DNA of 63,847 bases from a virus (lineage: Duplodnaviria; Caudoviricetes): the IMG/VR virus record IMGVR_UViG_3300025608_000522, positions 1-63,847 of that record. One strand, written 5' to 3'. Below the pieces are notes generated by a model that was given only the letters and a program-made list of their open reading frames with translations, searched no databases and had not been told where the DNA came from. Every line of letters starts with the position of its first letter. Within the stretch, counting starts at the first letter, position 1. The translations under genes were made by a program, and so were the position numbers. This document shows positions 1 through 10,838 of this stretch, piece after piece.

Positions 1-3000
1 CAAGAACTATTAGTGCATTTGAAGTTAAACAGTTTATACAAAATCCAGAAAATCAAGGACACAAATTTGTTGCTCTATTAGGCAACAACAGATTTGCAAT
101 TTATAACTGTGAAAGTTTAATTAGAGGCAATGACGTTGCAATTAACTTCCGTTTCTGGACTATTGAAAACCAAGAACAAAATATTCACAGCGAATATCAA
201 ATTGTAAGTGACGGTCTAGCAACAAGTAAACCAAACAGTGTTGTAGAACAAAAATGGTTTGACAGTTTAGTAGGTTATGACAGACAGGATAGGTTTGTAC
301 CTGATCCAAACCTATCGCCTAAGCAGCGTTACGGTAATCTAAATAATCCAAGACAGAGCTGGTTTGTAAATCGTTTCGAAGCACTTAAACAATTGTTTGA
401 GCGTGTTAACGGTGTACTAGAGAAAAATCTAATTGCTGAAGAATATGATATTAGTCCGTTAACACAAAGCACTCCTGCACCGTCAGTACTAACCGGCGAA
501 TGGGATCAAACTATTGACACTGAAGCAGAACTAAGATTTGTAAGTATTGCTAATGTTGAGCAACCGCAAATTGACCTATTAATTGTAGACGGTAAGATTC
601 AAGAAGCAAATATTGTTAATCCTGGTAGAGGGTATAAAACTGTACCTACTTACGAGATTGTTGATCCATCAGGTCAAGGCGCAGACTTTGACATACAAAT
701 TGATAGTGAAGGTAAAATAACTCGTATACAAATTTTAGACAGTGGCGAAAATTACAGTCAAAATGCAAGACTGGTTATTCGTAGATTTGCAACTCTTGTA
801 CAAGCTGATGCAACTATTAACGGACGCTGGAGTATTTACAGCTGGAACGGATCTGAATGGAACCGTGCAGAAAGTCAAGCATATGATGTAAACTTGTATT
901 GGGATTATATCGATTGGTACGCTACAGGATACAGTGAAACAACAGCTATTGATCACTTAGTTAATCAAAGTTATGAACTACAATTAATTGACGACTCGCT
1001 AGGTGATATTGTTAAAATTAAAAATGTTGGTACAGGCGGTTGGTTACTACTGAAAAAGGTTAACAATCAACCAAACGCAGATTATACTGTTAATTATGAT
1101 ACCATCGGCAGAGAAAATGGTACTATACAGTTTAGCACTAGTATCTACGATAGTTTAACAGCTAATGCTGGATTTGACGGAACATCTTTTGATAAAGTAT
1201 TTTACGATGTACAGCCTGTACAAGAATTACGTATTATGCTTCAAACTATTCGTGATAATATCTTTATTAACGATTTAGAAGAAGAATACAACAAACTATT
1301 CTTTGCAAGTCTACGTTATGTATTCTCAGAACAACCAAATGTTGACTGGGCATTTAAAACAAGTTTTGTAAAAGCTAAACACAACGTAGGTGAACTAGAG
1401 CAGACTATCACATTTAAAAACGATAGCTTGCCTAGTTACGAAGACTACGTAGAAGAAGCAAAACCATACAGAACTAAGATACGTGAATATGTAAGTTCAT
1501 ATGAAAAGACTGAAAACTCTAATACAGTTGTAACAGACTTTGATCTTCCTCCTTATTATAGCGAAACTGAAGGCAAGATTATTCCTCAGGATGTAAAAAT
1601 TATTGACGGAGAAATTGTTGCTGCTTCGGACATTGTTAATCAATATCCTAGCAAGAACTGGTTAGATAATTTAGGATTTGAAGTTACTGAAATTGTAATC
1701 GGAGATGCGGGCGAAGGATATGTAGAACGTCCTGTTGTAAGATTAGTTGGCGGTGGCGGCACAGGTGCAGAAGCTATTGCATATATGGGTCGCGGACGTA
1801 TTACAGCTATTTTAGTTACTAATCCAGGAAGCGGATACATTACACCTCCAGAAGTAATTATCGAAGGATCGCTTGTTGAAGATGGCACAAGTGCAAGAGC
1901 AAGTGCTAAATTAGGAAATGGTAAAGTTCGTAGCAGTCATATTCGTGTTAAGTTTGACAGAACAACAGGAACGTTCTTAATTAACACATTAGATGCAACT
2001 GAAACTTTCTCAAGTGCGCCTAACCAAACTATCTTTGACCTTAAATGGCCGATGGATTTACGCAACACCAGCGTAAACGTTGTAGTAAATAGAGAAGATG
2101 CATTACGCAGTGAATATACTTTTGAAAATGTACAAGATACATCAAAAGGATTTACTCGATATAATGGACGAATTGTGTTTAACAGTGCGCCTCCTGCTAA
2201 CAGCGAAATTGTTGTTACATATCTAAAAGGTGCAGAGTTGTTACAAGCACAAGATAGAATCAACTTGTTCTACCAACCAACAACTGGACAATTAGCAAAT
2301 GATATTTCGCAGCTAATGACAGGTGTTGATTACGGCGGCGTTGAGGTACAATCAATTGACTTCGGCGGCGGAGCAGGTTGGGACGCAGATCGTTACTTTA
2401 CAACTCCGTATGACACATTTGATAACACATATGAAGATGAGGTATTTGTACTAGACGGATCAACTGTTACATTTAATCTAGCCCAACCGCTAGCAAATGG
2501 AGTACAGTACAACCTTTATAAAAACGGAGTTCGTTTAGATGATCCTGCATACGGTACAGAGAACCAAACAAACGAAAACGCAGTAATTGAATCTATTACA
2601 GGTGACGGAACACAACAGACTCTTACTATTGATGAAGAAGATATTCCTACAACAGCTGGCGATATTATTGTTATTCGTAAGAGTACTTCAGACGGTAGCT
2701 TTATTGCAGATCCAAGAAGCTACGATACACTAGTCGACGGCGGAGATCTGAAATATCAAACAGCACGTGGCATTGCTGCCGAAGACATTGTAGTAGACGG
2801 CGACGGATTTGTTACTCCAACTACAAGTGGCGGACCAGAAGAACTTGTTCCAGGACAAGTTCTTGACACAGTTGATATTAAAGTTTACCACAGAACCGGC
2901 GGAGGTGCAAGTACAATTAGCTCAAATAGTTATCTTGCTGACGGTGTTGAAACAGCGTTTGGGTACGATGTTATTCCTCAAAGTAATCAAAGTTTAATTG

Positions 3001-4808
3001 TAAAAGTTGATAATGAAATTATCAACAACTACACAGTTAATCATCAAACTAAGCAAGTAGAATTTGATACTGCACCTAATGAAAATTCTTCAGTGAACAT
3101 TGTTAGTTTGAGTAGTAACGGTGACTTAATTCTTGATGCAGATCAGTTTATTGGAGACGGCTCAACGTTACAATATGTTACGAGAGTATCGTATCAAGAT
3201 AATATTAATTACTTTGTGACTGTTGACGGCGAAGAAGTTGATGCTATTATTGAAACTACTGATAACAGTTACGATGTTGCAAACAGAGTTATTTTGGTAT
3301 TTGGTGAAGCTCCAAGAGCAAATGCAGTAATTAACTACGCAATTTATGCATCAAATGAACAAACATTTAGTCAAATTACAAAAGACAGGTTTACAAGTGA
3401 TGGATCAACTACTTCTTATAATTTAAGTGTTGCACCGTTTGCAACTATTCCTGCTATACATAACGTGATTGTTAAAGTTGGAAATAATATACTAAGTTCA
3501 GGATATAAAGAACGCTTTATTATTGATGAAAACGTACAGTATCAGTTACGCTTATGGCAAGTTGCTCCAGGATCGATTGGGTTTGGAGATATACTTGTTC
3601 TACTAAACGGTAGAGAACTAAATGGTGCTACTGAGTATATTATTCGCCCTGCAACATCTAGTTTAGAATTCTTTGACGGTGTTACTCAAGACGGTGATGT
3701 AGTTGAAGTTTACGTTGTTACTGATGCAGACTACGCTATTACTAACAACGTAATTACACTTGATACTGCACCTGCAGACGGAGAAACAATTGAGGTTTAC
3801 AACTTTAGCAAGCACGACATACAATCGATTGATAGATTTGGTTATGATGTTGTAAGTAGAATAACACTTACAATTGGAACTGACGATCAGCTAGAATACA
3901 GCAGATGGCGCAACGGTAATATCAAACTAGATAAACCTGCTATTGATGCACAGTATGTTTGGGTTGCAGTAAACGGCGAACTGCAAACACCTAGTGTTGA
4001 TTATAAAGTATCAGAAGATAGAATGAGTATTAAATTACTAGGAGTTCCGACAGACGGTGATGCTGTAGAAATTATACAATTTGCTACTGAAGGTACTATA
4101 ACTAACAAGTTTGCATACAGACAAACCAAAGACATTCTTAATAGAACAGTATTCAAGCGTTTAGGAGATGACTTTGAGTATGTGCTAGCACAAGACTTAA
4201 ATACATTTGATAAAGAAATTGTATTAGAAGATGCATCCGGTCTTGCAACTCCTAGTACAAAAGAAAATTTACCAGGAGTATTATTGATCAACGGCGAGCG
4301 TATTGAGTTCTTCCGCAAGGAAGGTAATGTACTAACACAATTACGCAGAGGTACAAATGGTACTGGTGTGCCCAGTGTACACGATTTAGGCTCGCAAGTG
4401 CTCGATCAAGGCTTCCAGCAAACTGTTCCTTACAAAGATGAAACTGTTACAATTACGTTTGATAGTGACGGATCGACTAAAGAGTTTGATTTAGGATATG
4501 TTCCTGCAAGCGTAAACGAGTTTGAAGTATTTGTAGGTGGACGTAGATTACGTAAAACTGCAATACAAGAGTTTGATGCAACAGTTGATCAAGACTCACC
4601 AGAAGCAGATGTTACTATACCGGCAGAGTTTAGTGTAGACGGTACTACAAGTATGCTAACACTAACTAATGCTCCTGAGCTAGGAGCAAGCATTGTAGTA
4701 GCACGTAAGATAGGTAGACTATGGGCTCCTGTAGGAGAAAGTCTAGAAACAGAAGATAATTCAATAACACGCTTCTTGAAGGCCAAGAAGGCAGCGTTAC
4801 CCGAATAA
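1..4808 (+). CDS. Very large virion structural protein, probably baseplate wedge/hub-associated (5' end lies outside the window)
   Basis: Frame is open from nt 3 (RTISAFEVKQFIQNP...) into the 1471-aa ORF, so the TTG at 393 is not the true start. Repeated I.v.NPGxGY..xP and F.xDGstt.F.L beta-sandwich-like units; KPYRTKIREY motif; acidic, Gly/Thr-rich; heads a structural operon. Confidence 0.7.
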   Translation, partial: RTISAFEVKQFIQNPENQGHKFVALLGNNRFAIYNCESLIRGNDVAINFRFWTIENQEQNIHSEYQIVSDGLATSKPNSVVEQKWFDSLVGYDRQDRFVPDPNLSPKQRYGNLNNPRQSWFVNRFEALKQLFERVNGVLEKNLIAEEYDISPLTQSTPAPSVLTGEWDQTIDTEAELRFVSIANVEQPQIDLLIVDGKIQEANIVNPGRGYKTVPTYEIVDPSGQGADFDIQIDSEGKITRIQILDSGENYSQNARLVIRRFATLVQADATINGRWSIYSWNGSEWNRAESQAYDVNLYWDYIDWYATGYSETTAIDHLVNQSYELQLIDDSLGDIVKIKNVGTGGWLLLKKVNNQPNADYTVNYDTIGRENGTIQFSTSIYDSLTANAGFDGTSFDKVFYDVQPVQELRIMLQTIRDNIFINDLEEEYNKLFFASLRYVFSEQPNVDWAFKTSFVKAKHNVGELEQTITFKNDSLPSYEDYVEEAKPYRTKIREYVSSYEKTENSNTVVTDFDLPPYYSETEGKIIPQDVKIIDGEIVAASDIVNQYPSKNWLDNLGFEVTEIVIGDAGEGYVERPVVRLVGGGGTGAEAIAYMGRGRITAILVTNPGSGYITPPEVIIEGSLVEDGTSARASAKLGNGKVRSSHIRVKFDRTTGTFLINTLDATETFSSAPNQTIFDLKWPMDLRNTSVNVVVNREDALRSEYTFENVQDTSKGFTRYNGRIVFNSAPPANSEIVVTYLKGAELLQAQDRINLFYQPTTGQLANDISQLMTGVDYGGVEVQSIDFGGGAGWDADRYFTTPYDTFDNTYEDEVFVLDGSTVTFNLAQPLANGVQYNLYKNGVRLDDPAYGTENQTNENAVIESITGDGTQQTLTIDEEDIPTTAGDIIVIRKSTSDGSFIADPRSYDTLVDGGDLKYQTARGIAAEDIVVDGDGFVTPTTSGGPEELVPGQVLDTVDIKVYHRTGGGASTISSNSYLADGVETAFGYDVIPQSNQSLIVKVDNEIINNYTVNHQTKQVEFDTAPNENSSVNIVSLSSNGDLILDADQFIGDGSTLQYVTRVSYQDNINYFVTVDGEEVDAIIETTDNSYDVANRVILVFGEAPRANAVINYAIYASNEQTFSQITKDRFTSDGSTTSYNLSVAPFATIPAIHNVIVKVGNNILSSGYKERFIIDENVQYQLRLWQVAPGSIGFGDILVLLNGRELNGATEYIIRPATSSLEFFDGVTQDGDVVEVYVVTDADYAITNNVITLDTAPADGETIEVYNFSKHDIQSIDRFGYDVVSRITLTIGTDDQLEYSRWRNGNIKLDKPAIDAQYVWVAVNGELQTPSVDYKVSEDRMSIKLLGVPTDGDAVEIIQFATEGTITNKFAYRQTKDILNRTVFKRLGDDFEYVLAQDLNTFDKEIVLEDASGLATPSTKENLPGVLLINGERIEFFRKEGNVLTQLRRGTNGTGVPSVHDLGSQVLDQGFQQTVPYKDETVTITFDSDGSTKEFDLGYVPASVNEFEVFVGGRRLRKTAIQEFDATVDQDSPEADVTIPAEFSVDGTTSMLTLTNAPELGASIVVARKIGRLWAPVGESLETEDNSITRFLKAKKAALPE

Positions 4809-4811
4809 ATA
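4805..4811 (+). promoter_or_regulatory. Putative T4-like late promoter (ATAAATA)
   Basis: ATAAATA overlapping the stop codon, 18 nt before the next structural gene; resembles the T4 late consensus TATAAATA. Confidence 0.5.
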
Positions 4812-4829
4812 GTGTAGTAGGATTGGAAA

Positions 4830-5435
4830 ATGACAGACAACTTTAAAGATACAAACGGTACATTAATACAAGGACACATTAAAATTTCCGACCCGAGTTC
4901 GGGTGAAGTTTTAATAGACAAGCGAAATGCTATTCATTATGAAAATATGAGTATTTCGTTAGCTGAAAGTTTAGCAAATGCTGGACAGGGATTTATCTAT
5001 GAGATGGCATTTGGTAATGGTGGTACAAGTATTGACCCAACAGGGATTATTACATACTTGACACCGAACAGCACCGGTACTAATGCTAGTTTGTATAATC
5101 AAACATATTCAAAAGTAGTTGATGACAGAAGTGTTAACAACATTGATCCTACACGTAACAAAGTAGAAACAAGACATGTTAGTGGTACAAACTATACAGA
5201 CATTCTTGTTAGTTGTTTGTTGGACTACGGTGAGCCAAGCGGGCAAGAAGCTATTGATAACGCTACAGGTACAAACAGTCTTTATGTGTTTGACGAACTA
5301 GGACTTGTTGCATTTGATCCAACAGGTACTGGACGTCTACTAACACACGTTATTTTCCATCCAGTACAAAAGTCGTTGAACAGATTAATTCAAATTGACT
5401 ATACTGTGAGAATTCAGAGCTTGTCGGGGGTTTAA
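4830..5435 (+). CDS. Putative baseplate/tail structural protein
   Basis: 201 aa; MAFGNGG, FDELGL and HPVQKSLNRLIQIDYTVRI motifs resemble phage baseplate/fibre-attachment proteins; structural context. Confidence 0.6.
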   Translation: MTDNFKDTNGTLIQGHIKISDPSSGEVLIDKRNAIHYENMSISLAESLANAGQGFIYEMAFGNGGTSIDPTGIITYLTPNSTGTNASLYNQTYSKVVDDRSVNNIDPTRNKVETRHVSGTNYTDILVSCLLDYGEPSGQEAIDNATGTNSLYVFDELGLVAFDPTGTGRLLTHVIFHPVQKSLNRLIQIDYTVRIQSLSGV

Positions 5436-5441
5436 TAGAGA

Positions 5442-7502
5442 ATGGCATATAACATTAACTACACAGATCCAGAGAAAGGCAGTATTTCAGTTGAAGACGG
5501 CACAATTGATAACACTACTACACTGTCTATTCCTGGACGTAATACTACAAGTTATGGATCTAACATTGGTCAAAACTTTCTACAAATGCTGGAAAATTTT
5601 GCTGCTGCATCAGAACCGAGCAATCCTATAGAAGGACAACTATGGTACGACAACAGTATTGGTGTCAACACACTTAAAATTTATGATGGTACTAGTTGGG
5701 TAAGTGCAGGCGGCATTAAAAAAGGAACAGTCGCACCAGAAGTTGATACTAGTTTGCCTGGAGACATTTGGTCAGACACTGACAACAATCAACTATACTT
5801 GTTCACCGGTTCGGGATGGATTTTAGTTGGTCCTGAATTTAGTGACGGTTTGTTAACTGGTACTAAGCCTACAATTATTACAGGACAAGATGACCTTGAA
5901 TACACTGTACTACAAATTGAAGTACAAGGTGTTCCGATTGGTATTTACAGTTCGCAACAGTTTAGTCCAAAATCAAAAATACAAGGCATTACTGTTGTTC
6001 GTCCGGGCCTTAATCTAACATCAAGAGATATTACTGGCGCAGGTGTAGCAAAGTATTACGGTATATCAGAAAAAGCAGAAGCATTGATTGTTAATGGTGA
6101 AGCTATTGCAGGCGCAAACTTCTTGCGTACTGATACTGACGGACTTACTACATCTCCGATTACAATTCGAAATAACCAAGGTCTTACTGTTGGTCAAGAC
6201 GGCTTGCTTAAAATGTCAATTGAAGGCACTACAGGTGTTCTAAGTAATCTTACATCTGGTTCTAGTATCGATATGCGTGTTAACAATCTTGGTACTATAA
6301 GAACAGTTGTAACTGTTGATAGTACTCAGCGTGTAGGTATTAATACTACTAGTCCGATTGAAGCTCTAGATGTTAATGGAAATATTCAATCTAGTGGCAC
6401 TATCGTATCAAACGATACAACACAAAGTTCAAGTATTGGTACTGGTGCTATTACTACAGCAGGCGGCGCAGGCGTTGCTAGAAACTTAACTGTCGGCGGT
6501 GCTATAGACGTTACTGGTACAGTTAGCTCAAATAGCATTGTTCCTAAGTCTAACAATACAGCAGATTTAGGATCAACTGAAAATAACTTTAGAACAGTGT
6601 ATGCAACTACTTTTAGGGGAAACTTAGTTGGTAACATTACTGGTACAGTTACAGGACGTTCAGGTACTACAAGTAAACTAGCACAAGCAACAACCTTTCA
6701 GCTAAATGGAGATGTTAGTTCGAATCAAATTGTGTTTGACGGACAACAAGGTGGCACAACTAAATTGTTTACTACTGAAATTAGTAACACGTTTATTGCT
6801 AACAAAGAAGAAGTTGCAACATCAAACATTGATGACGAATTTATTATTAACAGAACTAGCGGTAACGATTTAGGCGTTAAGAAAATTAGCCAACGTAACC
6901 TACTAGCAAGTGTTACGGGAACAACACCAATCGGAACTGTTGTTCCGTTTGCTGGAGATCAAGCACCAAGTGGTTGGTTGCTGTGTGATGGTAGAGAAGT
7001 ACAAATTGGTGACTTCTTAGATTTATTCCAAACTATTGGATACAAGTTTAAAGACCAAGCAGTAACAACATCGGGTAACTTTGGCATACCGGATTTTAGA
7101 GGTCGTATGCCGTTAGGTGCTGATAACATGGGCGGCTCAAGTGCTAACCGTGTTACAAATGTAAACGCAGATGTTATTGGTAACTCGGGTGGTTTTGAAA
7201 AGAATCAAATTGAAGTTGAAAACTTACCAGAACACGAACACGACTTACGTGGACCAAGTGGTGCTCAGTACTATGCAGTGCGTGATATTCAAGGCACACC
7301 AGCAGATGCTGAAGCTATTCCTTATGATGCACCTCAAGGTTCACAAGCTGGTCAGGCGTATCCAACATCGGGTGGTGTACTAAAACGTAAATTTAACGAA
7401 GACGGATCGTTTGAAACTATCACTAACCTAGGCGAACCGTTTGACGTTATGTCACCGTTCACTACAATGAACTATATTATCTACTCGGGAGTAGGGGGCT
7501 AA
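5442..7502 (+). CDS. Tail fibre protein with tail-collar domain
   Basis: C-terminal PIGTVVPFAG..APSGWLLCDG...PDFRGR...NLPEHEH...MNYII is a tail-collar signature; N-terminal LENFA...P.EGQLWYD module. Confidence 0.8.
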   Translation: MAYNINYTDPEKGSISVEDGTIDNTTTLSIPGRNTTSYGSNIGQNFLQMLENFAAASEPSNPIEGQLWYDNSIGVNTLKIYDGTSWVSAGGIKKGTVAPEVDTSLPGDIWSDTDNNQLYLFTGSGWILVGPEFSDGLLTGTKPTIITGQDDLEYTVLQIEVQGVPIGIYSSQQFSPKSKIQGITVVRPGLNLTSRDITGAGVAKYYGISEKAEALIVNGEAIAGANFLRTDTDGLTTSPITIRNNQGLTVGQDGLLKMSIEGTTGVLSNLTSGSSIDMRVNNLGTIRTVVTVDSTQRVGINTTSPIEALDVNGNIQSSGTIVSNDTTQSSSIGTGAITTAGGAGVARNLTVGGAIDVTGTVSSNSIVPKSNNTADLGSTENNFRTVYATTFRGNLVGNITGTVTGRSGTTSKLAQATTFQLNGDVSSNQIVFDGQQGGTTKLFTTEISNTFIANKEEVATSNIDDEFIINRTSGNDLGVKKISQRNLLASVTGTTPIGTVVPFAGDQAPSGWLLCDGREVQIGDFLDLFQTIGYKFKDQAVTTSGNFGIPDFRGRMPLGADNMGGSSANRVTNVNADVIGNSGGFEKNQIEVENLPEHEHDLRGPSGAQYYAVRDIQGTPADAEAIPYDAPQGSQAGQAYPTSGGVLKRKFNEDGSFETITNLGEPFDVMSPFTTMNYIIYSGVGG

Positions 7503-9292
7503 TGAGCTATCAAATTAACAGAACTGACGGAACACTATTAGTAGATCTAGCAGATGGGCAACTAGATTCTAATAGTACTGACTTATCACTTATAGGTCGA
7601 AATTATCGAGGCTTTGGCGAAGCGTTTAATGAAAACTTTATTGCTTTGTTAGAAAACTTTGCTAACCAGAGTGCTCCGGTAAATCCTTTAAGAGGTCAGC
7701 TTTGGTACGACACTGCTGAAGATAGATTAAAAGTATACAACGGAACACAATTTACATCAAGCGGTGTTATTGTGAGCGCACAACAACCAAATTTAGTTGC
7801 AGGAGACCTTTGGTTAAACAATGAAGCAAATCAGTTATATGCATTTGACGGGACTGATCTTGTACTAGTAGGGCCTAATTATAGTTCTTTTCAAGGACTA
7901 TCGGGTATTGTTACAGATACAGTTTTAGATATTCAAGGTACTAGCCGAACAGTTATTAAGTTTTATGTAGGTAATGCACTAGTTGGTGTATACAGTAACA
8001 TTCAATTTACTCCGGGTGTTGGACAAGCAATTCCGGGAATTACTGGAGCAGTAGGTAAAGGATTTACTACTGTTGACGCAGATTTCAAATGGAATGGCAC
8101 AGCAACAAGAGCCGACTCGCTAATTGATGCTCAAGGTACAGTACGTCTTGCTGCACAGTTTCTTGCTTCTGACTCAGACGATACAACTACAGGTGCTTTA
8201 ACAGTACAGAATGACCAAGGTATTACATTTGGTCTAAACCAAAACAATACACTAAAAATTGTTGGTACTAGTGTAGTAACAGAAAACCAGCTCACAGACC
8301 AAGACTACAAAATTCGAGTACGCACCACAAGCGGTCCTATTGACGCTGTTACTATTGATACTAGCGAACAGAACTTAGGCATTTTTGAACCAACTCCGCA
8401 AGCAACTCTTGATGTAGGTGGAGATGTTCGCATACAAGGTAACTTAACTGTAGAAGGAGATACTACAAGTTTTGAAGTTTCTACACTTAGAGTAGAAAAC
8501 AAAAATATCGAAATGGGTGTACTCGACGATAGTACACTTGCAGACGATGCTACAGTCGATGGTGGCGGCATTATTGTGCAGTCTAATCAAGGTTCGAAAG
8601 ATTTTGTTTGGAGATCTGCTACTAACAGTTGGACAACTAACGTAAACATTGATATTGCTAGCAATGCTATCAAAGCAGGAAATATTACAGTTATTAAAGG
8701 CACTGATGCTCCGGGCTTGACTAGTATCGGTGCTCTACAAAGTCTTGATGTTGACAACATGAACTTTAACGGAGTTCGTATTACAACATCGAGTAACGGC
8801 TTGCAAATTTCAAGCGCAGGCGACATTGCAATTGTTAACAATCAAAAAATTGTAGGCGTAGCAGATCCTACAGAAGCACAAGACGTTGCAACTAAAGCGT
8901 ATGTAGATAGAGCGATTAATTTAGAAACACTTAGTTTAGCACTAGATGTTACTGGCTTGAGCAATTCTCAGATTGCGCAAGTATTAGAAGATATTGCTCC
9001 TGCTGCTACAAAAGAAAACGGCACAGAAGCACGTATACACTGTACAGATACTGCAAGCGCAAGTGCAACATTTACAGCGGCACAGCTAGTTTCTGCACTA
9101 GTTAAGACTGATCAGTTTGTACAAAAATTAGATGGCAATGGTGACGACGACGGCGGTATATCTGTACTAGGTGACATTACGTTTACAGATGTTACAGGTG
9201 CAGTTACACTAACAGTAGATAGAAGTCTGAGACTATTCAGAGTAGTTTCAGGACAATGGGCTTACATTCAAGATTTAACATCTAGCGTTTGA
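7502..9292 (+). CDS. Tail fibre / fibre-like structural protein
   Basis: Same N-terminal module (LIGRNY.G.GE..NENF..LLENFA...GQLWYD); VADPTEAQDVATKAYVD fibre motif; TAATG coupling to the previous gene. Confidence 0.7.
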   Translation: MSYQINRTDGTLLVDLADGQLDSNSTDLSLIGRNYRGFGEAFNENFIALLENFANQSAPVNPLRGQLWYDTAEDRLKVYNGTQFTSSGVIVSAQQPNLVAGDLWLNNEANQLYAFDGTDLVLVGPNYSSFQGLSGIVTDTVLDIQGTSRTVIKFYVGNALVGVYSNIQFTPGVGQAIPGITGAVGKGFTTVDADFKWNGTATRADSLIDAQGTVRLAAQFLASDSDDTTTGALTVQNDQGITFGLNQNNTLKIVGTSVVTENQLTDQDYKIRVRTTSGPIDAVTIDTSEQNLGIFEPTPQATLDVGGDVRIQGNLTVEGDTTSFEVSTLRVENKNIEMGVLDDSTLADDATVDGGGIIVQSNQGSKDFVWRSATNSWTTNVNIDIASNAIKAGNITVIKGTDAPGLTSIGALQSLDVDNMNFNGVRITTSSNGLQISSAGDIAIVNNQKIVGVADPTEAQDVATKAYVDRAINLETLSLALDVTGLSNSQIAQVLEDIAPAATKENGTEARIHCTDTASASATFTAAQLVSALVKTDQFVQKLDGNGDDDGGISVLGDITFTDVTGAVTLTVDRSLRLFRVVSGQWAYIQDLTSSV

Positions 9293-9294
9293 GC

Positions 9295-9301
9295 ATAAAT
9301 A
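9295..9301 (+). promoter_or_regulatory. Putative late promoter (ATAAATA)
   Basis: ATAAATA in the intergenic gap before a fibre gene. Confidence 0.5.
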
Positions 9302-9332
9302 CAAATAGTTATAAATCAAGGGTTGATAAAAC

Positions 9333-10811
9333 ATGGCATATATTATTAACAAAACTAACGGTACCCAGTTAACAATAGTTGAAGACGGTACTATTGATCA
9401 AACAACAGATATTAAGTTGGTTGGTAAGAACTACGCTGGTTATGGTGAAATACAAAACGAAAATTTTGTAGCATTACTAGAAAACTTTTCCAGCGCACAA
9501 CAACCAGGACGTCCACAAGCTGGACAGATTTGGTTTGATAGTTCAAATAGTAAATTAAAGTTCTATGATGGCGCGAAATTCCGCACAACAGGTGGTGCAG
9601 AAGTAAGTACAACGCAGCCAGTAGGACTTACAGAAGGCGATTTTTGGTGGGATACAGAGAACAAACAATTATATGCCAACACCGGAGACGGTGGTTTTGT
9701 TCTAGTTGGTCCACAAAGTATTGGCGATACAGTATCTCAGTTTGTTACTACAGAAGTGCGCGATACACTAGGCGACACACAAGTCATACTACGTGCTGTT
9801 GTTGACGATCAAACTATTTTTACTATTAGCTCAGCCCAATTTACAATTGATTCTACAGATCCAGAAAATGCAATCCTTGGATTTGACACAGTGCGCCAAG
9901 GTATTACACTACGTAATACAACTGATAGCACTAATGGTGTTACAAGTTCAGCGCATAGATTTTGGGGCACAGCTACAAACGCAGAACAGCTAGGCGGCAA
10001 GGATGCTAGTGAGTATGTTGTGTCAACAGCAGGACAAGATTCTGTATTTACAGCTCCTGCAAAATTCCAAACAACAGACGGTATTAGTGTAGGCCCGTCA
10101 AACGAATTACAGATTAAAGTAGATAACACTGAAGGTGTTATTACTAATACAGTAGGTGATAAAATTCAGTTCCGCGTAACTTCGGGACCAAGAGAACTTA
10201 CAATTGCAGAAGTTATTCCAACAGGTATGGTTCCTAATGCAACAGTAACTTATGATTTGGGATCAAGTGCATTAAAATGGAGAGAAGTGCATGCTGATAG
10301 TTTTGTAGGATTAGCCACATCATCAGAAGCTATTAGATTGAGCGGTACAGACTATGCAGGGTCTTTAGGTCAAGACGCAAATACTACAGCACTACGTGAT
10401 AGCAGCGGCAATATTACAGCTAATCTATTCCAAGGTATTGCAACCGAAGCACGTTATGCTGACTTAGCTGAAAAATATACTACAGAAGAAGATCATCCTG
10501 TAGGAACAGTAGTTGCAGTAGGTGTGCATGACGAACATGAAATGGATCTAGCAAATGCTGGAGACGTTGTAGCAGGTGTTATTTCAGATAAGCCTGCATA
10601 TTTAATGAATGCAGAAGCAGAAGGGCAAGCAGTAGCACTTAAAGGCCGTGTACCGGTGCGTGTTATTGGTTCTGTTAAAAAGGGCGATAAAGTATTTGTA
10701 GCGCAAGATGGACTTGCAGGAGTAGAGGGCCAAGGCGACCTAGTAGGAGTAGCACTAGAAACTAACACTGATGATTCAGAAAAGTTAGTTGAGTGTTTCC
10801 TAAAGGTATAA
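9333..10811 (+). CDS. Tail fibre protein with C-terminal intramolecular chaperone (peptidase G2-like autocleavage) domain
   Basis: ARYADLAEKY...GTVV...GVISDKPAYLMN...VALKGRVPVRV.G...KGD C-terminal pattern; shared N-terminal module. Confidence 0.75.
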   Translation: MAYIINKTNGTQLTIVEDGTIDQTTDIKLVGKNYAGYGEIQNENFVALLENFSSAQQPGRPQAGQIWFDSSNSKLKFYDGAKFRTTGGAEVSTTQPVGLTEGDFWWDTENKQLYANTGDGGFVLVGPQSIGDTVSQFVTTEVRDTLGDTQVILRAVVDDQTIFTISSAQFTIDSTDPENAILGFDTVRQGITLRNTTDSTNGVTSSAHRFWGTATNAEQLGGKDASEYVVSTAGQDSVFTAPAKFQTTDGISVGPSNELQIKVDNTEGVITNTVGDKIQFRVTSGPRELTIAEVIPTGMVPNATVTYDLGSSALKWREVHADSFVGLATSSEAIRLSGTDYAGSLGQDANTTALRDSSGNITANLFQGIATEARYADLAEKYTTEEDHPVGTVVAVGVHDEHEMDLANAGDVVAGVISDKPAYLMNAEAEGQAVALKGRVPVRVIGSVKKGDKVFVAQDGLAGVEGQGDLVGVALETNTDDSEKLVECFLKV

Positions 10812-10838
10812 TTATTTAAAAGTATTTAGGAAAACAGT

